Shown here one piece after another: positions 31,445 to 40,047 of a stretch of DNA of 64,000 nt (position 1 is its first letter; each line of letters opens with the position of its first letter). The notes below the pieces were generated by a model, which saw only the letters and a program-made list of their open reading frames with translations, did no database searches and was not told the DNA's origin. The DNA is from a virus (lineage: Duplodnaviria; Caudoviricetes): the IMG/VR virus record IMGVR_UViG_3300031555_003590, positions 192,001 through 256,000 of that record. The stretch is one strand, 5' to 3'. A program made the position numbers and the translations under genes.

Positions 31445-31453
31445 TTATTTTAC

Positions 31454-31738
31454 TTAACATCTAGAAAGATTCTTATCACAATATTGATGTAATAGTAACA
31501 TTACTTCATCATTCTGCATATGCATTCTATAAATTTCTTCAAGTATTTTCTGATCAGGAATTATAAATTTAGAATCATCATCCTTAAATATAATTTCCAT
31601 CTTATTTCGTTTATTAGAATTATGAGTAATATCAATTTTAGGACGAAGAGCTACAGTTGTAATTCCATCAGGATCCATCATAACTCCTAAAGTTCCAGGA
31701 ATATTATTTGATATCCAAACAAATTTCATTTGATCCAT
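31454..31738 (-). CDS. Hypothetical protein
   Basis: 94 aa; RBS AAGGAGG. Confidence 0.7.
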   Translation of the reverse strand: MDQMKFVWISNNIPGTLGVMMDPDGITTVALRPKIDITHNSNKRNKMEIIFKDDDSKFIIPDQKILEEIYRMHMQNDEVMLLLHQYCDKNLSRC

Positions 31739-31764
31739 TTAGATCCCTCCTTATAATTAATATA

Positions 31765-32004
31765 TTAATTATTTTGTGATTCAGGGATCCATTCAATATA
31801 TGGATATACTTTAGGAAGATGCATTACTTTACCACATTTAGTACAATGATGTTTAAATAATTTAGGACCTTCAATTGCTAGTTCTACCATTAATGGTTCA
31901 TTAGCATCATGAATCATTTCACCTTCATTACAAAATTCGCATATATATTTGATACCAATTGGTTTTAAGTTAAATATTTCTTCATGAGGTTTTAATTCTA
32001 TCAT
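31765..32004 (-). CDS. Small zinc-ribbon protein
   Basis: CEFC...CTKC. Confidence 0.7.
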   Translation of the reverse strand: MIELKPHEEIFNLKPIGIKYICEFCNEGEMIHDANEPLMVELAIEGPKLFKHHCTKCGKVMHLPKVYPYIEWIPESQNN

Positions 32005-32008
32005 TATA

Positions 32009-33085
32009 TTATTCTCCTATTACTGTAGTTAGATATGATTGATCTTCAAATACATTTCTATAGTATTCATTGTCTATTAATTCAGATAATAAAGGAACTG
32101 CAACTTCTCTCATTTGAGGATGTGCACTAGTAGGACAACGCATATTAAAGAAATGCCTAAATTCATATAAATTAGCAGTCATAATTAATTCAGCCTTTAA
32201 TGAATTAGGAAGTACACTTCTTGCCTGCTGAGGGGTAGCTCCCATTTCTAATAATTTAAAATAATGACGTTCAGAGGATTCGCAAGAAGTTTTCCATTCA
32301 TTATATACTAAACTATTAGACATTTCTCCCATTCCTGTATCAAAGAAACTAGGAAGAATTACTGTAATTTCATTTCCAAATTTACCTTGAGAATAGTTAC
32401 AATATCTCGTACTCTCTTGAGCATATGATGCTGGTCTATGTCTTACTACTTCATGAGTAATTCCACGATCAATTGTAAACTTCACACTCATAAAATCATG
32501 AACTTCTCTAATCCATTTAGGCAGAGTTTTCATTTCTTCTCTAGAAACAAATTCAATTTCATCATGATTAAATGCTTTATTTCTTTCTCTGGCAGTTCTC
32601 GCAGGAATAATCAATTCAGGATAATAATATCGCATAAATCTAATTAAAGTGGAAATTCCATGGTTATCATCAAATATATTACAATTATAAAGATAATTAA
32701 GACTGGTAATAGAAAATGAAACTAAATATTGATATTTTTCTTCACTATAATTGCCCCAGCAAGTACTATTGATAAATCGCAATTTATTAATAGCTTCAGA
32801 ATCTTCATATAATGATACTTCTTCAATAGATTCCTGAATATCTCGATATATCCATTCAGGAACACTTACTGTGAAAATATAATGTTCTAACATAGCCCAA
32901 TGTTTATGGTTACGAATATTCTGTAGAAATTTATTAGCACTACCAAGAGTAATTTTATCTTCACTTTTATAACAAGTGCGACCAATCTTTTCTAGATGCA
33001 TTAATACACCATCACGGTCAGTAGGTTCAGGAATGTCGTACATTTCAAAACTCGGTTCAATAATTTTCATAATATTTACCTCCAT
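32009..33085 (-). CDS. thyX: Flavin-dependent thymidylate synthase
   Basis: GRTCYKS, HWAMLEH, THEVVRHRPASYAQESTRY (RHRx7S), ARSVLP and AHPQMR. Confidence 0.95.
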   Translation of the reverse strand: MEVNIMKIIEPSFEMYDIPEPTDRDGVLMHLEKIGRTCYKSEDKITLGSANKFLQNIRNHKHWAMLEHYIFTVSVPEWIYRDIQESIEEVSLYEDSEAINKLRFINSTCWGNYSEEKYQYLVSFSITSLNYLYNCNIFDDNHGISTLIRFMRYYYPELIIPARTARERNKAFNHDEIEFVSREEMKTLPKWIREVHDFMSVKFTIDRGITHEVVRHRPASYAQESTRYCNYSQGKFGNEITVILPSFFDTGMGEMSNSLVYNEWKTSCESSERHYFKLLEMGATPQQARSVLPNSLKAELIMTANLYEFRHFFNMRCPTSAHPQMREVAVPLLSELIDNEYYRNVFEDQSYLTTVIGE

Positions 33086-33089
33086 TAAA

Positions 33090-33761
33090 TTATTTATTTA
33101 ACATATTAAATACATGATAAGAAATATCTTCTTGAATATCTTCAATAGATCTATTACCATCTACCATAACAATATTTTCATTAAATCTTTCTCTAAGAAT
33201 ATTAATTGCTAAATTATAAGTTTTATGAATTCGAAGAAGTTTTTCCGCAGTCTCATATACACTAGGATCTTCTTTAACTAAATTCAATCTATTCTTTAAT
33301 CTAGTCAATGCTTCTGCTGGATCAAGATTAATATAAATAGTAAGATCTGGTTTCAATATATCCATTACATATTTATTCATTATTATAGTATGATTAATCA
33401 TATTAATTACTTCTTGTTTAGTATCCATCATATATGCATTATATGCCATACTAGATAAATAATATCTATCACTAATAACATTAATTCCATTATTTAAATA
33501 ATTAATCATACCATCTTCTTTATTAGTAATATGATCCAATCTATCCGCAACATATAACATATTAATTATTCTTTCATCACATTCCCTAAGACCAGCTAAA
33601 TATGTGTATCTCAATAATTTACCAATAGGACCATCAGTTGCTTCTCTAGTAAAATAAATATTATTATTTTTATATTTTTCTTTTAATAAATTTACCTGAC
33701 TAGTCTTTCCACTTCCATCTATACCTTCAATTACAATAAATTTTCCTCTTTTATTTTCCAT
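33090..33761 (-). CDS. tmk: Thymidylate kinase
   Basis: FIVIEGIDGSGKT, ADR, SDRY..S..AY and PDL motifs. Confidence 0.93.
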   Translation of the reverse strand: MENKRGKFIVIEGIDGSGKTSQVNLLKEKYKNNNIYFTREATDGPIGKLLRYTYLAGLRECDERIINMLYVADRLDHITNKEDGMINYLNNGINVISDRYYLSSMAYNAYMMDTKQEVINMINHTIIMNKYVMDILKPDLTIYINLDPAEALTRLKNRLNLVKEDPSVYETAEKLLRIHKTYNLAINILRERFNENIVMVDGNRSIEDIQEDISYHVFNMLNK

Positions 33762-33804
33762 AATACCATTACTCCTTTATAAATGATTATTATATTTCAT
33801 TATT

Positions 33805-33815
33805 ATAATATATAT
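33805..33815 (-). promoter_or_regulatory. Putative early promoter upstream of tmk-thyX
   Basis: ATATATATTAT on the minus strand. Confidence 0.45.
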
Positions 33816-33826
33816 TTCTAAGAGAG

Positions 33827-36133
33827 GTGAATTTTATTATGGGTAGAACTATTCTTCCTAGTGGTGAAGAGTTGTTAGTAACTCCAGAAGAAATATTAAG
33901 ATATATTAATCCAGATGGACTTAGGCAGCTACTTCGCCAAGAACGTTTAAGATGGAATTTAAAACCAAATAAAGATGCTGATTATTATGATAATCAATTA
34001 TTATTTAAATTTAGTGGTGAATTACATAATAATGCATCTTATCAAAGAATGGAAATTCGTACATTTCCTGATAATAATGCATATCCAGGTTATGCTGGAA
34101 TTTTTAACGATAGTGGAGTATTTGGAATTGTTCATAATTTAGATAAATGGGATAAAACTTTATCAGAAGAATCACTGAATCATGTTGTTAATCGTACTAT
34201 GATTAGTGCATTAGCTAAGATTCCAAATAAATTTGGATATGGATTAGATGACAATGGTGATATGGTCACTAAAACAGAAAATAGAATTGCTGCTATTGTA
34301 CTTGATCCATATGATGGACGTGGATATTTATATTCTAATGATGATCCAAATTATGTTAATAATGAAACTAGAGCTTTAGATGAACGAATTCCTGAAAGAG
34401 CAATTGCTCGTATTGGCGATATTCCTACTAGAATTACTCAATTACAAAATGATATTGGAGTAATTACTGATCCTGATTATCATCATACTGATAATAATTT
34501 TACTAACTCTAATCGGTTTATATTAGATAATTTAGATGACAGAACATTTGTGTATCCAGAAATTGCAAAAGATAAAAGTGGAAACTATATTGAAAATTAT
34601 AGAATTGGATTAAATGGTGAACCTGGATATGGTGAATGTGATGGATCTGATGATAAAAATACACAACCAGATTTGGGTTTAAATCCTGACTTAGGAGATT
34701 ATGGTGATAGATTTGCTGAAGCAGTATCATCATATAATCATAATAAACGATTTAGTGGTGTAGATCATAGAGCTGGTTATTTACCAGGAATATTTAGATC
34801 TATTGAAGAATTGGAAAGAGTAGATTTAGTAGATCAAATTCAAACTCCGTTAACACATAAAGATACTCCAGGAAGTAGAAGAAAACACAATTATTATCTA
34901 TTTGATGGTAAATGGTCTCCTAATTGGTTTGATCGTTATGCATATAATGATTCTTATCTTGCTCAATCATTGAATCCAAATAATATGGAACTTGCTGTTA
35001 TTGATAGAGAGCCTACTCCATATAGTAGATTAGATCAAACTAATGAAGATACTTTTAATATCAGTAAATTGTATCAATGGAGATATAATCGAGTAAGTTT
35101 AAAATATTATTCTAAAGATATTACTATCAATATTATTGAAAGCGGAGAGCAATATCGTAAAGGAGATATACTAAGATGGATATTTGGCGATGATGTATTC
35201 ACATTTGAAGTAACCCAAGTTGGTTCAAATGGTCAAATTCAAAAAGGTGAATATATTAAATCTGAAGATAAAATTTATGAGCAAGATCCATCTACTCATG
35301 GTATTGGAGTTGAATTTACTAACACTTCTGGTGTTGGTCATAGTGCTAAGTTAGAAATTATTAGTAAAGCAACTATTGAAACTCATGCAACTCAAATAAA
35401 AAATAATCTATATGCATATGTAGATGTAACTCCTACTGTAAGATCAGATAATTCAACTCCATGGTCGGATAATAAATCTCCAGATACTCAAAATGGTTTA
35501 GTTAATATTAGAAGTACTGCTGCAGGTATTGGTTATACTGGTATTAACTCTGGTAGAGGAGGTCCTGCTCCTAGTCAATATACTTCTGGTGTTACATTCC
35601 ATGAGCATGGTGGTAATGCTACTGCAGGAGTTCATGTTCATTTATTTAGATATGTAATAAATACACAAAATCCTACATGGGTTATTCGTGATGGTATTCA
35701 AGTATTTACTGGTAGATGGGTTGATCAAGGTCCTATGGGTGTTGAAAGACCTTGTGATATTAAAGCATTATTCTTATCTAATTATGATACAAATAATTTT
35801 AATAATTATTATAAATTTATGCTAGATTCATTATTTGATAATATGAATCGAACTCCTGATTCTGTTGTATCAAATAATAAAAATGCAGTATCACAAGCAT
35901 ATCTTCATGTAACTCAAGTTGATCCTGAACCTAATCAAAGATTTACTGAAACTAGAATTGATCCTGAAACATCCAATGTAGTTGATGTTGATATAACTGA
36001 TAAAGTTATTTATGTTAATGCTGCTACTGGTGTTACATTTTTATATAATTCTTCATATAAGAATGATCCTACATTTGGATATGGAATGAGAGCTCCAGGT
36101 TGGCATGCATTATCAGGAGCAGTAAGTAGATAA
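33827..36133 (+). CDS. Large hypothetical, probably virion structural protein
   Basis: 768 aa, Gly/Asn/Tyr-rich, with IPTRITQLQND and TDNNFT fibre-like segments; likely start ATG 33839 after GAGG. Confidence 0.6.
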   Translation: MNFIMGRTILPSGEELLVTPEEILRYINPDGLRQLLRQERLRWNLKPNKDADYYDNQLLFKFSGELHNNASYQRMEIRTFPDNNAYPGYAGIFNDSGVFGIVHNLDKWDKTLSEESLNHVVNRTMISALAKIPNKFGYGLDDNGDMVTKTENRIAAIVLDPYDGRGYLYSNDDPNYVNNETRALDERIPERAIARIGDIPTRITQLQNDIGVITDPDYHHTDNNFTNSNRFILDNLDDRTFVYPEIAKDKSGNYIENYRIGLNGEPGYGECDGSDDKNTQPDLGLNPDLGDYGDRFAEAVSSYNHNKRFSGVDHRAGYLPGIFRSIEELERVDLVDQIQTPLTHKDTPGSRRKHNYYLFDGKWSPNWFDRYAYNDSYLAQSLNPNNMELAVIDREPTPYSRLDQTNEDTFNISKLYQWRYNRVSLKYYSKDITINIIESGEQYRKGDILRWIFGDDVFTFEVTQVGSNGQIQKGEYIKSEDKIYEQDPSTHGIGVEFTNTSGVGHSAKLEIISKATIETHATQIKNNLYAYVDVTPTVRSDNSTPWSDNKSPDTQNGLVNIRSTAAGIGYTGINSGRGGPAPSQYTSGVTFHEHGGNATAGVHVHLFRYVINTQNPTWVIRDGIQVFTGRWVDQGPMGVERPCDIKALFLSNYDTNNFNNYYKFMLDSLFDNMNRTPDSVVSNNKNAVSQAYLHVTQVDPEPNQRFTETRIDPETSNVVDVDITDKVIYVNAATGVTFLYNSSYKNDPTFGYGMRAPGWHALSGAVSR

Positions 36134-36139
36134 TTAATA

Positions 36140-36180
36140 AAAAAAGAAATGGTGGGAACAAAACCCACCATTTCTTTTTT
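36140..36180. terminator. Bidirectional terminator
   Basis: AAAAAAGAAATGGTGGG-AACAAAA-CCCACCATTTCTTTTTT. Confidence 0.8.
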
Positions 36181-36259
36181 AATTTTTAATAATTGTTTCT
36201 TCCATTTCTTCTACTTCTTCAATAACTATTTCAGTATCATAATAATCTCTATCACCCAT
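36179..36259 (-). CDS. 26-aa acidic micro-protein
   Basis: MGDRDYYDTEIVIEEVEEMEETIIKN; RBS AAGAAAGGAGG, upstream TTATATATTAT motif at 36326-36336, downstream terminator. Confidence 0.6.
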   Translation of the reverse strand: MGDRDYYDTEIVIEEVEEMEETIIKN

Positions 36260-36403
36260 TAATATCAATCCTCCTTTCTTATTCAGTATATAGAAAGATT
36301 ATCAATTACCTTTCTATATACTAATATAATATATAAATCAATATAGTTTATATACGGTATAATATGAGGAATGGTCCTTAATCAGGACCTCCTCATATTA
36401 TTT

Positions 36404-36538
36404 TTATAATCCTATTGTAAATGTATTTAATATAATTTTATCCATTCGATGTTTAATTTTTAAAATTTTTAAATTTCTACAAATAACATTAATAACCATA
36501 ATTACAAGTAATGAAAATATTAACAAAAACTCTAGCAT
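36404..36538 (-). CDS. 44-aa single-TM micro-protein
   Basis: MLEFLLIFSLLVIMVINVICRNLKILKIKHRMDKIILNTFTIGL followed by a hairpin at 36360-36400; weak RBS. Confidence 0.45.
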   Translation of the reverse strand: MLEFLLIFSLLVIMVINVICRNLKILKIKHRMDKIILNTFTIGL

Positions 36539-36849
36539 CCCATTTTCACCAACCCCTATCAAAAATATTAAAATATTATAAAATTAATAATATCTTATCA
36601 CTATGTAAATTTTATTAAAAAGTATAACATATATCTAATCGTGATTATAAAAATATAGGAATGTTTAGGAATATTAAAAATATTGATTGTAAACTATAAT
36701 CTGGGTTAAATAAAAACCCAGTTAATATAGATGGCGAAAGCCACCAAACTCCTTTTTAACCCAGATTATATGGGATTACATAAAATATTAAACTTTATTC
36801 CATTTTGACAACCTCATTTCTTTTGTTTCATGTGAACCATCCTTTCTGT

Positions 36850-36891
36850 GATATAATACATTGGTCCAAAAATGGACCAATGTATTATATC
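36850..36891 (-). terminator. Hairpin terminator
   Basis: GATATAATACATTGGTCCA-AAAA-TGGACCAATGTATTATATC. Confidence 0.75.
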
Positions 36892-36898
36892 CATTTAT

Positions 36899-39712
36899 TT
36901 ACCAAATAAAATTATTATAAAAATTTACTGATTCTTCAATTGGACCATTTAGAATATCACCTTTATTAATCATATTTTGAATATAAATATCAAATGTATC
37001 TCCTAACATTTCATGAAGTTGAATAGTTCCACCTTCATCAGTACCTCTATAAACTTTTTTATCTTTCTTATTGAATACTCGTAAATCAGTTGGAGTAGCA
37101 GCAAATATCATCATTTCATCTAATTGTTTATTTTTAGAATTGATTTTTGTTAATTCTGCTACTGGGAAGAAGGTTAAATCTCCTGCTAATACACATAACA
37201 TTGGATTAGCTAATCTATAAAAATACCTCATTTCATCAGCTACAAATGGATATGTAACTTTAAAAGCATCTTTATCAAAAATACTACCAAAAGTATTTCT
37301 ACTATTATATTCTTTGCACCATTCAATGAATGCAATATAAAGTTTCTTTCTTCTAACTCCATTTTTATCTGATTCTAATCTATCAACTTGTTTAGGACGA
37401 GATTCAATTTCAGGAGGAGTTTCTTGTTTAACAGGTTCTTCTTTAACCTCTTCTTGTGGTATTTCTTTATTTTCAATAGATTGATCTTCTAATGGAATAT
37501 TTTCTTCTGGTGGAGCTTCTAATTCAGGAGGTTCATCAGTATCAACTTCATCTTCTATAGGTTGAGTTTCTTCAGATGGGTTCTCTTGATCAGAGATTTC
37601 TTCTGGATTAGGAAGTTCTGGAGGTTCATCATCAAAAGATTCTTCAGCTTCTTTATAATAAAATTTTTCTTCAAATACACTTTCATAGAAATTAGTAGGT
37701 AAATTATTAATATCTAATTGCTTTTGGCTATGTGCATAATCAAGATACTGTTGACATGTAATTCCATATATAGGAGGATTATGTAACCATGATACATATA
37801 CAGGAGATGTTTTATCATTACATTCAGCTTGATGTTTTAATACTACATCAATAATCAATGATCTTAAATCATCATATTTACGAATACCTTGTTGATTTCC
37901 CCATGCATTTTCAAACCACCAATATGCATCATTCATATGATATGCTAAAAATGTATGAGTAGGAGTAGCAGCCCCATCTTGTAGTTCAATATAAAATACT
38001 CCATGTTCAATACCATGTTTACCAAACCATTGACGTTGCAATTCAACTTGATCCCAACATGTACCTACTCTAGTTTGAGTTAATCTAGTAGGAGATTGTA
38101 ATCTAAAATATTGATAAAAATATTGAGCATCATCATTAGATCCAGTACCATGAGTTTTATTATCCTCACTAGATTTCCATCCATATCTAATATTACTACG
38201 CATCCAAGTTAATAATTCATATGGAGTTTTTAAATCAATCATAGTATTATAAGCACTTTCACGAAATTCTTCATCATGAACGAACCTATCAATCCAATCT
38301 AAGGATTCTTTAATATATTCAGATATTGATTCATTATAAATAGGAGAATTTCTTAAAGTTGGATCTTTTAATGCTCTAGATCTACGAATAGTCTCACTAT
38401 TTAAAATAATATTTAATTTTTTTAATTTATCAATCATTTCACTTTCTGAAACTTTCTTTTTCTTACGTTTTTCATATTCATCTAATTTACCTTTCTTTTC
38501 TAACTTAATTTTCAAATTTTTATTATATGCTTCTATTTGATCATTTCGTAATTTAGTAAATGTTTTTAATTTACCTGCATTTTTCATTATTTCAATAATA
38601 GCTTTTCTTAAATCTTTTTCAGAAGTTCTATTAGCAGCATATCTATCAGCTTCAATTTCATCAAAAGTTAGATGAGTATTTTTAGGATCTTTTCCTTTAA
38701 GATATTTATCAGCAGCTATTTCTGCATCTTTTCTATGAAGTGATATATTTTTAGAATCTGTATTATCAATCATTTGATCAATAATACTAAGCAGATCATT
38801 AGCATCTTTAGCAGCACTAAGTTGTTTGCTAATTACATCAGATCGTTGTTTATCATCATTCATAAATTTCATATTAAATAATTTTGATTTATCAAAATCT
38901 TCTTGTCGATGCATTTTTAGATGACCAATTTCATGTTGTAATATAGCATCTCTACGTTTTTGATTTTTTGTTTTAAAGAAATCATTACCAGTAATGAGCA
39001 TATCATCCCCAACAATAGTAGACATAGTTGCTCTAGGAGTATACTCACCATCTAATTGAATTAATCTACTATTACCAATATCAACTTTTATTCTTTTACC
39101 ATCTACTTCGATAGTACTATCTTTTGGATCATATTTATATTTCTTTTTAAATTTTTCTCTAGCATATTGCTCTCTTGTTTTCTTTTCTTCAAACACTTCA
39201 GAATTAAATAAATTAATTCCAGTTCTTTCCATTATAAATTCATAAATATCATCAAAATTATTTTCAATAGTTTCTTGAAAATTAACTAATTCACCCAGAT
39301 CTTTTATATGGCGTTCTAAATGAGATTTAATTTCTCCACTATATACTCCTTGTTGTTTAGCTCTAGCATATGCAGCTTTAACACCAGGAACTGATAAAAC
39401 TAATTTATTATTTCGAATTTCATGATGAGGATATTTACATCCAGATCTACTGAATGGAGTAACTCCATATGGACTATTTTTAATATCTTTAATTGGAGCA
39501 ATTAAATATGCTTCTTTTAAGAAATCATTCCATTGTAAATATTTTCCGCTTTTAATTTTCTTTTCTAATTCTTTAGCATCTTCTGGTACATTATCTTTAC
39601 AATAGAAACTATTCAATAGTTTATCATAAAAAGAAGCACCAGGATTACTCCATTTACCACTTTTAATAGCACTATCAATACTATTATCAATTTCTAAATG
39701 ATGTAAACTCAT
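36899..39712 (-). CDS. Modular head/internal virion protein with HExxH zincin-like and transglutaminase/papain-like domains
   Basis: ILQHEIGH...EIEADRYA; GTCWDQVE...THTFL...WWFENAW; acidic Pro-rich linker; many hydrophobic-x-E[SA] sites. Confidence 0.7.
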   Translation of the reverse strand: MSLHHLEIDNSIDSAIKSGKWSNPGASFYDKLLNSFYCKDNVPEDAKELEKKIKSGKYLQWNDFLKEAYLIAPIKDIKNSPYGVTPFSRSGCKYPHHEIRNNKLVLSVPGVKAAYARAKQQGVYSGEIKSHLERHIKDLGELVNFQETIENNFDDIYEFIMERTGINLFNSEVFEEKKTREQYAREKFKKKYKYDPKDSTIEVDGKRIKVDIGNSRLIQLDGEYTPRATMSTIVGDDMLITGNDFFKTKNQKRRDAILQHEIGHLKMHRQEDFDKSKLFNMKFMNDDKQRSDVISKQLSAAKDANDLLSIIDQMIDNTDSKNISLHRKDAEIAADKYLKGKDPKNTHLTFDEIEADRYAANRTSEKDLRKAIIEIMKNAGKLKTFTKLRNDQIEAYNKNLKIKLEKKGKLDEYEKRKKKKVSESEMIDKLKKLNIILNSETIRRSRALKDPTLRNSPIYNESISEYIKESLDWIDRFVHDEEFRESAYNTMIDLKTPYELLTWMRSNIRYGWKSSEDNKTHGTGSNDDAQYFYQYFRLQSPTRLTQTRVGTCWDQVELQRQWFGKHGIEHGVFYIELQDGAATPTHTFLAYHMNDAYWWFENAWGNQQGIRKYDDLRSLIIDVVLKHQAECNDKTSPVYVSWLHNPPIYGITCQQYLDYAHSQKQLDINNLPTNFYESVFEEKFYYKEAEESFDDEPPELPNPEEISDQENPSEETQPIEDEVDTDEPPELEAPPEENIPLEDQSIENKEIPQEEVKEEPVKQETPPEIESRPKQVDRLESDKNGVRRKKLYIAFIEWCKEYNSRNTFGSIFDKDAFKVTYPFVADEMRYFYRLANPMLCVLAGDLTFFPVAELTKINSKNKQLDEMMIFAATPTDLRVFNKKDKKVYRGTDEGGTIQLHEMLGDTFDIYIQNMINKGDILNGPIEESVNFYNNFIW

Positions 39713-39923
39713 TTAACATATTCTCCTTTCTATATCAAATATTGTAAATAATTTTTAATATGCGGTACCAATATTACTAAGGTTATATTTAATTACATTA
39801 TATTAATCTATATTATTAATTATATTATAAAGGGGAATTATAATTAATTAATAATTATAGAATTTATATTTATTACCTCCTATTTTATTCCATGGCTCAC
39901 TCCACAATCCCTCCTTTTGGAAA

Positions 39924-39961
39924 GTATTAATAGGTGACCTTAATTGGTCACCTATTAATAC
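39924..39961. terminator. Hairpin in divergent intergenic region
   Basis: GTATTAATAGGTGACC-TTAATT-GGTCACCTATTAATAC. Confidence 0.55.
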
Positions 39962-40047
39962 CGTTTTATTTAAATAATCATCAAACGTTTGATTAATAAT
40001 GGTGTATATAAAATAAATAATCTTGAGTAAGGGAGTGTTTATATAAT

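Noticed and set aside
36134-36898. CRISPR array or tRNA genes in the long intergenic region
   Set aside because: There are no regularly spaced direct repeats and no cloverleaf or T-loop signature; only hairpins and micro-ORFs.
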